Shown piece by piece: positions 56,530 to 64,000 of a DNA stretch of 64,000 nucleotides. Below the pieces are notes generated by a model that was not told the DNA's origin, made no database searches, and was given only the letters and a program-made list of their open reading frames with translations. This DNA comes from Saprospiraceae bacterium UBA3362 (GTDB lineage Bacteria; Bacteroidota; Bacteroidia; Chitinophagales; Saprospiraceae). The stretch lies in contig DEQQ01000096.1 of the NCBI GenBank assembly GCA_002360455.1, positions 1 through 64,000 on the forward strand, in the 5' to 3' direction. The position numbers were made by a program, and so were the translations under genes. Numbering within the stretch: the first letter of the stretch is position 1; each line of letters starts with the position of its first letter.

Positions 56530-57843
56530 TTATACTGTTTGTCTTCCTATACTGTAATATTGAAATCCTATCGATTTAATTTTTTCGGGTTCATATAAAT
56601 TCCGACCATCAAAAAGCAATGGATTGATGAGATATTGTTTTAATAAGTCAAAGTCGGGAGATCTAAAAACACTCCATTCTGTAATGATGGCAAGAGCATG
56701 GGCGTCTTTGCACGCTTCATACATATCTTCAACATACTCTATTGCATTTCCAAAGATGGATCGAACATGTTCCATCGCTTCCGGATCATAGACAGATATT
56801 GATGCACCCGACTGAAGTAATTCCTGAATAATTTCTAATGCTGGAGCCTCTCTGATATCGTCAGTATTTGGTTTAAAAGCAAGACCCCAAATAGCAATTT
56901 TTTTACCTGATAATTGCTGATGAAAATGAGTTTTTATTTTTTCACTTAAAACTTTCTTTTGTGTTGCATTAACTTGCATCACAGAGTTAAGAATAGAAAA
57001 ATGATATTGGTGAGTCTCCGCTGTATAAGCAAGCGCTTGGACATCTTTTGGAAAACATGAGCCACCATAGCCTACACCGGGAAATAAAAAACGTTTACCA
57101 ATTCTGTTATCACTTCCCATTCCAATCCGAACCATATCCACATTGGCACCGGTACGCTCACATAGATTTGCAATTTCATTCATAAAACTTATACGTGTGG
57201 CAAGATAGGCGTTGGCAGCATACTTAGTAAGCTCGGACGATCTTCTGTCCATAATATAAATAGGATTGCCTTGGCGTACAAATGGCTCATAGAGCTCTTT
57301 CATTTTGTGAGCGGCACGCTCAGACTTTACTCCAATTACAACTCGATCCGGTTTCAAAAAATCCTCGACGGCTACTCCTTCTCGCAAAAATTCCGGATTT
57401 GAAACAACCTCAAACAAATCTGAAGACAGCCCCGATTGAAGTATGGTTTCTTCCACTTTTTCTGCTGTACCCACAGGCACAGTAGATTTATTGACTATGA
57501 TTTTAAAAGAACTTATCATAGGCCCCAATTGCCCTGCAACTTGCAATACGTATCTCAGATCTGCAGAACCATCCTCGCCCGGGGGAGTAGGCAATGCCAA
57601 GAAAATGATTTCACTGTTTTTTACTGCATAGGATAAGTCTGTTGTAAACTCTAATCTTTTTTGCTTTGTATTTCTTTCAAAAATTAATTCTAAACCCGGC
57701 TCAAAAATAGGCACCTGACCATTTTGAAGTTGTTTTACTTTTTCTGTATTGATATCTACACAGATTACATGATTGCCTGTTTCTGCAAAGCATGTTCCTG
57801 TTACTAAACCCACATATCCTGTTCCTACAACTGCTATATTCAT
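56530..57843 (-). CDS. UDP-glucose 6-dehydrogenase (Ugd/TuaD-like)
   Basis: MNIAVVGTGYVGLVTGTCFAETGNHVICVD NAD-binding motif. Catalytic GGSCFPKD. Confidence 0.75.
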   Translation of the reverse strand: MNIAVVGTGYVGLVTGTCFAETGNHVICVDINTEKVKQLQNGQVPIFEPGLELIFERNTKQKRLEFTTDLSYAVKNSEIIFLALPTPPGEDGSADLRYVLQVAGQLGPMISSFKIIVNKSTVPVGTAEKVEETILQSGLSSDLFEVVSNPEFLREGVAVEDFLKPDRVVIGVKSERAAHKMKELYEPFVRQGNPIYIMDRRSSELTKYAANAYLATRISFMNEIANLCERTGANVDMVRIGMGSDNRIGKRFLFPGVGYGGSCFPKDVQALAYTAETHQYHFSILNSVMQVNATQKKVLSEKIKTHFHQQLSGKKIAIWGLAFKPNTDDIREAPALEIIQELLQSGASISVYDPEAMEHVRSIFGNAIEYVEDMYEACKDAHALAIITEWSVFRSPDFDLLKQYLINPLLFDGRNLYEPEKIKSIGFQYYSIGRQTV

Positions 57844-57862
57844 TCTTTATTCTTAATTTTTA

Positions 57863-59155
57863 TTACAATCTCCAATAGGTAAAACTATCATCAGTAGGCT
57901 TGGGAAACAAACCTTTAAGATCTATCAAAATGGGTCGACTATTCATCATTTGTTTATAGTCTTCCAATTGATATTTTCTAAACTCATTATGAGCTACTGC
58001 AACAATGATGGCATCATATTTTTCTTTCACTTCCATTATGGGATGAATACCGTATTCATGATATACTTCTTCCGGATCAGAATAAGGGTCTATAACATCA
58101 ACACTTATAGAAAAATCGGCCAGCTCGTTATAGAGATCGGCTACTTTTGAGTTTCTGATGTCGCTGACATTTTCTTTAAATGTTATTCCCTGAATGAGAA
58201 CTCTGCAACTGCTTGGATTTTTCCCTTTAGCAATCAACATTTGGGCGAGTTTTTTAGCGACAAATGCCGGCATATTGTCGTTAATACGACGACCACTCAA
58301 AATTACTTCAGGATCATATCCTAGCTCTTTAGACTTATGAAGTAGATAATACGGATCTACTCCAATACAATGTCCGCCAACAAGGCCTGGTTCAAATTTT
58401 AAAAAATTCCATTTTGTGCCCGCTGCTGCCAAAACTTCTCTTGTATCAATGCCCATTCGATCAAAAATCATTGAAAGTTCATTCATAAAGGAAATATTAA
58501 GATCTCGTTGTGTATTTTCAATGACCTTAGCCGCTTCGGCTACTTTTATCGAACTTGCTTTGTATACACCTGCCTGAATAATTGCTCCATAAACTTTGGC
58601 AACCTCTTCCAGTGCCTCAGCGTCGCTTCCTGAAACAATTTTTAAAATAGTTTCTACTGTTCTTTCCTTATCACCGGGGTTAATTCTTTCTGGAGAATAA
58701 CCGAGTTTAAAGTCCAAACCAAATTGTAAGCCTGATTCCTCCTCTAATATTGGCAAGCAATCCTCTTCGGTACAGCCGGGGTAAACTGTACTTTCGAAAA
58801 TAACATAATCTCCTTTTTTTAATGCTTTGCCCACTGTATGAGATGCTCCAATAACAGGCTTTAAATCCGGAATTTTATGCTCATCTACAGGAGTGGGAAC
58901 AGCCACAATAAAAAAATGTGCTTCTTTTAATTTTTCGGGATCAGAAGAGAATTCAATATCTTTATTAAGGAAATCATCCGAACTTAATTCTTTTGATGGA
59001 TCGACACCCTGTTTCATCATATCAATTCTTTTTGAATTGATATCAAATCCTATCACCTTGAATTTTTTTGCAAAAACAAGGGCTAGTGGCAAACCAACAT
59101 ATCCTAATCCTATAACAGCTATTTTTTTATCTTTTTGAATTAATTCCTGATACAT
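57863..59155 (-). CDS. UDP-N-acetyl-D-glucosamine 6-dehydrogenase-like nucleotide-sugar dehydrogenase (WbpA/TviB-like)
   Basis: KIAVIGLGYVGLPLALVFAKKF NAD-binding motif. GGHCIGVDP catalytic motif. Confidence 0.7.
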   Translation of the reverse strand: MYQELIQKDKKIAVIGLGYVGLPLALVFAKKFKVIGFDINSKRIDMMKQGVDPSKELSSDDFLNKDIEFSSDPEKLKEAHFFIVAVPTPVDEHKIPDLKPVIGASHTVGKALKKGDYVIFESTVYPGCTEEDCLPILEEESGLQFGLDFKLGYSPERINPGDKERTVETILKIVSGSDAEALEEVAKVYGAIIQAGVYKASSIKVAEAAKVIENTQRDLNISFMNELSMIFDRMGIDTREVLAAAGTKWNFLKFEPGLVGGHCIGVDPYYLLHKSKELGYDPEVILSGRRINDNMPAFVAKKLAQMLIAKGKNPSSCRVLIQGITFKENVSDIRNSKVADLYNELADFSISVDVIDPYSDPEEVYHEYGIHPIMEVKEKYDAIIVAVAHNEFRKYQLEDYKQMMNSRPILIDLKGLFPKPTDDSFTYWRL

Positions 59156-59182
59156 GTTGAATAAACTAATTTAACTAAATCT

Positions 59183-60262
59183 TTATTGCTGATTCATTTG
59201 AATACTGTAAAAAGTTTTTGCAGTGATCACTACAGCTCCTATTAAACATCCCAATACTAAGCCTAAAAGAATATTTTTAAGTAAACTTTCTTTGTTCGTT
59301 TTTAATGGCAGAATGGGATGATCAATTGCTTGAATAAATGGTGTTTTATTTTCTAACGAAAAAGAAGCAAGTTCCATATTTTTGACAGCCTCGGCATAAA
59401 TAAGTTGAATCATTTTTATATCTCTATCCAAAAGGGTCTTAGGGACTTCCTCAGTAGATAACCAAGAAGATCTGTAGCTGTCTTTTATTCCGGCGAGGGA
59501 ATATTCTTTCCTGCTCATCAACTGTTTAAGAGAATCCACTTTTCTGCTCAAGCTTTCGTACGTTTCTTTTTGTTTCTCTATTGTTTTATCAATGTAAAAA
59601 TTGCTCAATTTTTCGAATAAAGTATTACAAGAGTGATAAGCTATTGACTCATTACCACTAGTGATGGTGATATTCATAATTCCTGTTTCTTCGGAAGAAC
59701 TTGTGGCCATCATTTTTTTAAATAAGAAATGAACCTGTTTAAGTGCCGAATTTTCAAGCAAACTGAATGAATCTGTTTTTGAATGTTGAAATTTAAAGTT
59801 CTTCAATGGATTTTCTTTGACATAAAAAGGAACTTTGCCCCACAAACCTACGCGCTCCCATTCTTGAATCATGTGATTGGCTAAAAAATCAGTTTTTCCA
59901 TTAGCCTGAACTTGTGTAAAAAACACAGCTTGCCCAATTCTCATTGTTTTAGCAAGCTCCAATATTTTTTCTAAATTAACCTGATCTGAACCCACGCCAA
60001 GAATTCCTCCAAACTGACCAAGTAAAGAGCTGAGACTACCGCCACCTTCATTCTCGTTAATCATAAAGCTTGTCTGGGCCTCAAACTTTTTATAATCCTT
60101 CAATGCTTTCCAAACAAAATAGGAAAGAGCAATAAAGATACAACTGATAAATACCAATTTATTCTTCCAGATCGCGTCTCGATAGATTCTTAAACTCTGC
60201 ACCAATTCTCTAAAACTAAGAGAATCAGTATTTTGTGCGTTTTGATATGAATCGTTTTGCAT
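59183..60262 (-). CDS. polysaccharide chain-length determinant (Wzz-like) protein
   Basis: N-terminal and C-terminal TM helices flank a coiled-coil periplasmic domain. Located at the head of the polysaccharide locus. Confidence 0.5.
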   Translation of the reverse strand: MQNDSYQNAQNTDSLSFRELVQSLRIYRDAIWKNKLVFISCIFIALSYFVWKALKDYKKFEAQTSFMINENEGGGSLSSLLGQFGGILGVGSDQVNLEKILELAKTMRIGQAVFFTQVQANGKTDFLANHMIQEWERVGLWGKVPFYVKENPLKNFKFQHSKTDSFSLLENSALKQVHFLFKKMMATSSSEETGIMNITITSGNESIAYHSCNTLFEKLSNFYIDKTIEKQKETYESLSRKVDSLKQLMSRKEYSLAGIKDSYRSSWLSTEEVPKTLLDRDIKMIQLIYAEAVKNMELASFSLENKTPFIQAIDHPILPLKTNKESLLKNILLGLVLGCLIGAVVITAKTFYSIQMNQQ

Positions 60263-60538
60263 TGCAGTATGAAATCACATGTAAAATTAATTTAATTTAT
60301 AAATACTTCATCTATTTTGTACTATAAAAATTACCATAAAGCCGATTGTTGAGACGTTGACAAAGTTAAGCTGTAACAGATTAAAACTTAAAAGGGCCTC
60401 AATTAATTGTATTTATTTGATATATAAATTTTTAAATATATTATTATATTATAAATTGTAAAGAACTTTAAACCAAGTACTTATTAGACATTCAAAAGAA
60501 TTGTAAAAGAATACATCCGTTTCTTCCAATTTGGAACT

Positions 60539-61249
60539 TTAATCAAATAAGGTGTTTGATGTGCTAGTTCTTTTGGCAGGAACTAAAAGTTCCGGCCCAT
60601 TTGCAGACACTTTATTGACCAGCGGTGAAAGTTCAGTCATGTGCATTAATTCTGACGGATAGGGTGAAAGAAGTTCCAAACTTTGGTTCATACTAAGACT
60701 ATGGTCTATCCAAAGTAATTCTGCATCGGGATCTAAGATCGCAGGCATTCTGTCGTGAATTTTTTTCATCATTTCGTTGGCCGGCAGTGTAATTATGGTA
60801 AAGCTATAGATTACTTCTCCTTTGTTATTTTTCCAAAGATCATACAATCCCGCAACGCTAAATATTTCTTGATTAGTAGTTTGAATTCTGAAGGGGATCT
60901 TAGTTTTTGCTTGAATGGTTTTCCATTCATAGAATCCATCCAAAGGCACTAAACAACGTCTGGATTGTAAAGCCGTTTTAAAAAAACTTTTTTCCAACAG
61001 TCCTTCTACTCTTGCATTGATCATTTTGGACCCTATTTTTTCATCTTTAGCCCATGATGGAATAAGGCCCCATTTCATAAGTTGGAAATGTTTCCCATTT
61101 TCCATAATTAATATAGGATGAGTTTGAGTCGGTGCAAGATTGAAATTAGGCAATGGATTATATCGTAAAATGTCTTCGGTATAGAAACTCGCATTAAAAC
61201 GTTGTTCTAACTCTTTTTCTTGTTTTGTTAAAGAAGCTCTGCCGCACAT
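60539..61249 (-). CDS. SOS-response-associated peptidase (SRAP/YedK), abasic-site processing protein
   Basis: N-terminal MCGR with catalytic Cys2. Family-typical length. Confidence 0.8.
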   Translation of the reverse strand: MCGRASLTKQEKELEQRFNASFYTEDILRYNPLPNFNLAPTQTHPILIMENGKHFQLMKWGLIPSWAKDEKIGSKMINARVEGLLEKSFFKTALQSRRCLVPLDGFYEWKTIQAKTKIPFRIQTTNQEIFSVAGLYDLWKNNKGEVIYSFTIITLPANEMMKKIHDRMPAILDPDAELLWIDHSLSMNQSLELLSPYPSELMHMTELSPLVNKVSANGPELLVPAKRTSTSNTLFD

Positions 61250-61359
61250 AATAAAAAATACGTTGAGTAGAAAAACTCACTCTTTGTAAAACCAATATGC
61301 AGCAAAGCTACTATGAACTAGTGAAAAATAAGTCAAATAAATTATTGAAAAATCAGATT

Positions 61360-61803
61360 TTACCTCATTGGTCTATTCCCCCGGTTCTCCTTTCGTTCTT
61401 TGATTTTTCTCAAAACTTCCTGTTTGAATTCTTGTTCAGCTTCATCCAGTTTTGCCAGTTTTTTTGCAGGAAGAATTGCCTTGAACTTTTCATAATAAGA
61501 CTTCTTAAGGGCAAGTTCTTTTTCTTCAGTTTTGAACTGTTCATCCATATCAAAGTCTTCACTGTTCCTTTGATTCATTTTTTCTTTTCGCAATTCTTGT
61601 CTCTTTTTACTAAACTCGTTATAGACAGGCCAAAACTTAGCAGCCTCGTCTTGAGTGAGCTCTAGCTTAGTGGTTAAAAATGCGGTGTGTTGAGCCTCCA
61701 ATCGTTCTTTCATTTTTTCACGATTTGGTCTCATTCCATCGTCTTGCGTCATGCCCAAAGAGCAGAAAAGAGAAAATAAAGCTAATAATACGTAATTCCT
61801 CAT
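61360..61803 (-). CDS. periplasmic protein, possibly Spy/CpxP-like
   Basis: Signal peptide MRNYVLLALFSLFCSLGMTQ. Helical, charged, with an LTQDE motif. Sits downstream of the anti-sigma gene. Confidence 0.4.
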   Translation of the reverse strand: MRNYVLLALFSLFCSLGMTQDDGMRPNREKMKERLEAQHTAFLTTKLELTQDEAAKFWPVYNEFSKKRQELRKEKMNQRNSEDFDMDEQFKTEEKELALKKSYYEKFKAILPAKKLAKLDEAEQEFKQEVLRKIKERKENRGNRPMR

Positions 61804-61833
61804 TTTACTAAAATTTTTATAAAGATTGAATAA

Positions 61834-62532
61834 TTAATTGAAATTTTGTTTTAACAATTTTTCAATTTCTGCATCATCCAGATCTTCCAGTTCTTGTATA
61901 GTTGTTTCATCACCCACAGTGAATAATTCTTCCAACTCGCTATGGTTATAATCTGTAATATTTTCCATTGCATAATCAATAAGAGCGTCATCAGATATTG
62001 CATTCCATGACAACTCTTGAGTAGAGTTTGCAGTATTGTTTGATTTTCCTAACCAAAGTCCAATTGCTGCCATCATTACAATAGAGGCTGCAACAGTCCA
62101 TACACGCCATTGTTTTAAAGAGATAATTTTAATTTTATCACTATTTCTAGCTTCTTCATTAGTTTGTGATAAAAGTTGGTCCGTCAAATGATCAAAGTAA
62201 TTCTCTGGCGTTTTAAATCCATCGATGTTTTTGATATCTTGATCCTTGAAAAAAGATTGAGAATGAATTTTATCTGAAAGTTCTTCAAAATAAAATTTAG
62301 GGATCTGCATGCCATTCTCAATTTTATATAAATGTTGAGTGACATACATTTGATCTATTAATTTATCGGTCAACTCTCCAAAATAAGTTTCTGGAGTTTT
62401 TAACTTATCAGAAGATTCTGCAATAATTTTTGTGGTGAGAAGACTTTCTGTGAGTTGATCAAAATAATTCTCAGGTAAATGATAACCATCATTTCCATCG
62501 GGTATTTTGACTGACAATAAATTTTCTTCCAT
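61834..62532 (-). CDS. putative anti-sigma factor (single TM)
   Basis: Immediately downstream of the ECF sigma gene (3-nt gap). TM helix WRVWTVAASIVMMAAIGLWLG. Confidence 0.4.
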   Translation of the reverse strand: MEENLLSVKIPDGNDGYHLPENYFDQLTESLLTTKIIAESSDKLKTPETYFGELTDKLIDQMYVTQHLYKIENGMQIPKFYFEELSDKIHSQSFFKDQDIKNIDGFKTPENYFDHLTDQLLSQTNEEARNSDKIKIISLKQWRVWTVAASIVMMAAIGLWLGKSNNTANSTQELSWNAISDDALIDYAMENITDYNHSELEELFTVGDETTIQELEDLDDAEIEKLLKQNFN

Positions 62533-62535
62533 AAT

Positions 62536-63114
62536 TTATTTTGATTTAAAATAATCTTCAACTTTTTTTAATGCATGATGATAGGATACTTTTAGTGCAC
62601 CCTCTGTTGTTTCAAGAATATCAGCAATTTCTTTATAAGATAATTCTTCGTAATATCTTAATTGAAACACCATTCTCTGTTTTTCGGGTAATGACTGCAT
62701 GACTTGCTCCAACTTAATCCTTAGTTCATCTCCATCAAAATAGGGATCAGCTTTTAACCTGGCAATGGCAGGATGTTCTTGATGGTCATCTACAGTATCG
62801 TATTGATACTTTTTTTGTTGTTCCAAAAAACTTAAAGTTTCATTTGTTGCAATTCTGTACAACCAAGTAAAAAGACTGCTCTTTTGCTCAAAACGGTCAA
62901 TGCTTTTAAATACTTTGATGAAGGTATTTTGTAATACATCATCGGCATCATCATGAACCAAAACCATACGACGAATCTGCCAATATAATTTTTGTTTATA
63001 CTTGTCTATTAATGCGCGAAACCCTTTGTCTCGAGTTTCGTCTACTTTGATGAGATCCAGTATGTTTTGATCTTCTAAAACCACAGTAATGTTGTTTTTT
63101 ATTGGACTGCCCAT
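62536..63114 (-). CDS. ECF-type RNA polymerase sigma-70 family sigma factor
   Basis: Region 2 (DDVLQNTFIKVFKSIDRF) and region 4 HTH (LSYKEIADILETTEGALKVSYHHALKKV). Confidence 0.8.
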   Translation of the reverse strand: MGSPIKNNITVVLEDQNILDLIKVDETRDKGFRALIDKYKQKLYWQIRRMVLVHDDADDVLQNTFIKVFKSIDRFEQKSSLFTWLYRIATNETLSFLEQQKKYQYDTVDDHQEHPAIARLKADPYFDGDELRIKLEQVMQSLPEKQRMVFQLRYYEELSYKEIADILETTEGALKVSYHHALKKVEDYFKSK

Positions 63115-63215
63115 TTAGCAATTGGTTTAATTTGCAACAAAAAAATAAAAAAAATAATTCAATTACAAACAAATTTACAATCTACACTGTTTCAAAACAT
63201 TAAATCCCTATTAAT

Positions 63216-63665
63216 ATGGCATTTACAGACAAAATTAATGTTGATCTTAAAGAAGCAATGAAAGCAAAAGATGAGGTTGCTTTACGAGGAATTAGAGCAA
63301 TTAAAGCGGCCATTTTGCTGGCAAATACAGACGGAACAGGACAAGAGATGACAGATGAGCGAGCTCTTCCTATTTTGCAGAAACTTGTGAAGCAAAGAAG
63401 AGAGTCATTAGACATTTTTACCAAGCAGGGAAGAGAAGATTTAGCCTCTGTAGAGCGTGAAGAAATTGCTATAATTGAACGCTATTTACCGGCTCAGTTG
63501 TCCGAAACCGAACTTAGAGTGCTTATTCAAGAGGTGATTCAAGAATCCGGAGCTCAGGGACCCAAAGATATGGGGAAAGTCATTGGACTTGCAACAAAGA
63601 AAGTTGCAGGACAGGCTGATGGGAAGGCTGTTTCAGCTCTCGTAAAAGAACTTCTCGGTTCGTAA
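63216..63665 (+). CDS. GatB/YqeY-domain protein
   Basis: LKEAMKAKDEVALRGIRAIKAAI ... ALVKELL matches the YqeY family. Confidence 0.75.
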   Translation: MAFTDKINVDLKEAMKAKDEVALRGIRAIKAAILLANTDGTGQEMTDERALPILQKLVKQRRESLDIFTKQGREDLASVEREEIAIIERYLPAQLSETELRVLIQEVIQESGAQGPKDMGKVIGLATKKVAGQADGKAVSALVKELLGS

Positions 63666-63913
63666 GACAGAGGGCTATTTTCCCAATTACACTTTCTTTA
63701 AACAAGCTAAAATAAGCTATTGATAATTCTACTCAATGGGATTAAATTAGGATCTATGGTTGAGATTAGAATAAATAGTATTTTTTTAATCAATCAATTA
63801 TAAATTATATAAAATACTAATATAAAAATTTTTAATAAAAAAGATGACTGATTGAGAATTTTAAGTCTACATTTGTATAGTAAAAGAATTTTCAAAACAA
63901 CAATCCCCGTATT

Positions 63914-64000
63914 ATGAAAAAGTTGACAATTAACTTGTTTATCTGTTTCGTACTTTTAAGCAGTGCAATCAGTGCGCAAGATCTACCCAAAAGAACCTTG
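63914..64000 (+). CDS. 5' end of a secreted protein gene (signal peptide), truncated by the window edge
   Basis: ATG at 63914 followed by MKKLTINLFICFVLLSSAISAQ. Confidence 0.3.
   Translation, partial: MKKLTINLFICFVLLSSAISAQDLPKRTL

Noticed and set aside
1-64000. CRISPR arrays, tRNA or rRNA genes
   Set aside because: No short regularly spaced direct repeats with unique spacers were seen. No cloverleaf-compatible ~75-nt segments or rRNA-like conserved stretches were noticed in the intergenic regions. The only repeat family is the dispersed ~140-bp palindrome.

Overview
This is an AT-rich window of Bacteroidetes type (Flavobacteriia/Cytophagia-like). The evidence for that is T9SS C-terminal sorting domains, a TAnnTTTG -7 box, and fused E1 alpha/beta and WbpABDEI-type genes. 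The window has two parts. Positions 1-~20500 are an accessory or defence island. Its genes are almost all on the minus strand and sit in discrete cassettes. Five related ~135-145 bp imperfect palindromes (terminal ..AAC..../....GTT.. boxes) punctuate the cassettes, each immediately downstream of a cassette. This pattern resembles an integron attC array, but no integrase is present in the window. The cassettes are: a tightly coupled seven-gene operon (divergent Hsp70-family ATPase, Ser/Thr-kinase-AAA+ fusion, TerB, CpXC zinc-ribbon protein, membrane and coiled-coil proteins); a Type III restriction-modification pair (res then mod); a MORN-repeat lipoprotein; an SPFH/band-7 protein with a second TerB-like zinc-ribbon protein; and small lipoproteins. 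The seven-gene Hsp70/kinase-AAA/TerB operon is the best candidate for an undescribed system. Positions ~20500-64000 look like core genome: fused E1 dehydrogenase; LacI regulator; TonB receptor, glycosidase-like protein, P-loop kinase and MFS transporter; GNAT; polysaccharide deacetylase; nucleoside phosphorylase; T9SS cargo proteins; MtaB; ROK kinase; paaABCD; rplU-rpmA; a large polysaccharide locus (Wzz, WbpA, Ugd, WbpE, WbpD, WbpB, fused MDR-Gfo/Idh oxidoreductase, WbpI-like 2-epimerase, GT4, methyltransferase); SRAP/YedK; and an ECF sigma/anti-sigma pair. No rRNA, tRNA or CRISPR array was recognised.
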